From Asterionella formosa (taxonomy: Eukaryota), in contig NKIB01015011.1 of the NCBI GenBank assembly GCA_002256025.1, positions 1-38,888 of the forward strand: DNA of 38,888 nt. Reading direction: 5' to 3'. Made by a program: the position numbers and the translations under genes. The notes beneath the pieces were generated by a model. That model had not been told where the DNA came from, searched no databases, and saw only the letters and a list, made by a program, of their open reading frames with translations. Below, piece after piece: positions 38,014 through 38,888 of the stretch. Every line of letters begins with the position of its first letter. The first letter of the stretch is position 1.

Positions 38014-38888
38014 GATTCACCTCGTTTTTGTTCGTCTCCTGAAAAGTGGACTCCGGCAATTCACCTTTCACCATGCCAATCGTCGTCCATCATGACCGGT
38101 TTGAAGCGAAATCAGTTCCGCGATGACGCCAGTAGCAACTCTTTGCCTAACGGATGCGGTTGATTGTTGGATTGCTTGTCTTCTCGAGGTATTCATGTAG
38201 TCGCATCGTCCATATTTCGTCGGACGAACGATGATATCGATACATCTGATGTTGGTGGCAAATTTTTGCTCCGGTCATGTATGTAATGATGCTTAACGGA
38301 TATTCTACCGGTACTGGCAGTCATCTACCGGTAGTCAACATACGTACGTGGTACTAAAAACAACCATGCATGGTCTAAGCTATACTTTAACGCTTACTTT
38401 GAACACGTTATAATATTATCTCTGTAGACTCGGTATTATTTTTACGAGACCTGAAATGTTGAATTATATGGTTGACATATTCATTAATTTTACGTACCGT
38501 ATGCCCGATTTCGTCCTCACAAATATAGTTCTCACTCTATCTTGCCTGCCTTTGCTCTATTCGGGCTTGCAATAGGCAACGTTCGTCTTTCTTTTATCCC
38601 ATAGTCTGCTGCTTGTTATGCTAGCTAGTTAGAGCGGATCGGTGAGTACAACAGTGAAATACTGAATGTGGATTGTAGATCCTATTTATCGACTTTCCGA
38701 TTTGATTGCTTCCGTGGTTTGTTTTGATCGCTTCCATCGTTGTTTGTCGCTACGCACTGTCGTTTTGTTTCGATTGTACATATCTACATAAGAACCAATG
38801 CATTTATCAATGACTACTCATTGAAGATGTGGTATTGTGCCGTTGTTGATCGTATTTGTTGATTTGTATAGTCGTTGACAATGATGTC

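Overview
Eukaryotic nuclear DNA, most likely a diatom. That is an inference from short GT-AG introns, nuclear-encoded mitochondrial F1 subunits, CoDi-like Ty1/copia relics and an ASAF-type plastid targeting signal. Seven apparently intact host genes sit in a transposon-rich background: mitoribosomal mL59-like, a 3-exon patatin-like lipase, an Rpp14/Pop5-like protein, a 2-exon bestrophin, ATG16, and head-to-head mitochondrial ATP synthase delta and beta. The background holds two inverted TTAA-flanked GG..CC (Kolobok-like) non-autonomous elements nested in a second repeat family, a 5'-truncated copia with PPT and 3' LTR, a copia gag relic, a Crypton-like (Ndc10/GCR1_C) tyrosine recombinase relic, DDE transposase relics and several tandem or inverted repeats. 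Two observations stand out. (1) A 180-bp hairpin at 12065-12244 has periodic, symmetric TC/TC mismatches (tandem G.A on the minus strand) and recurs at 37805-37896 flipped relative to the same flank. (2) The palindrome TACCGGTA is strongly over-represented and is absent from the identified genes. All family calls come from by-eye motif recognition, not database searches.
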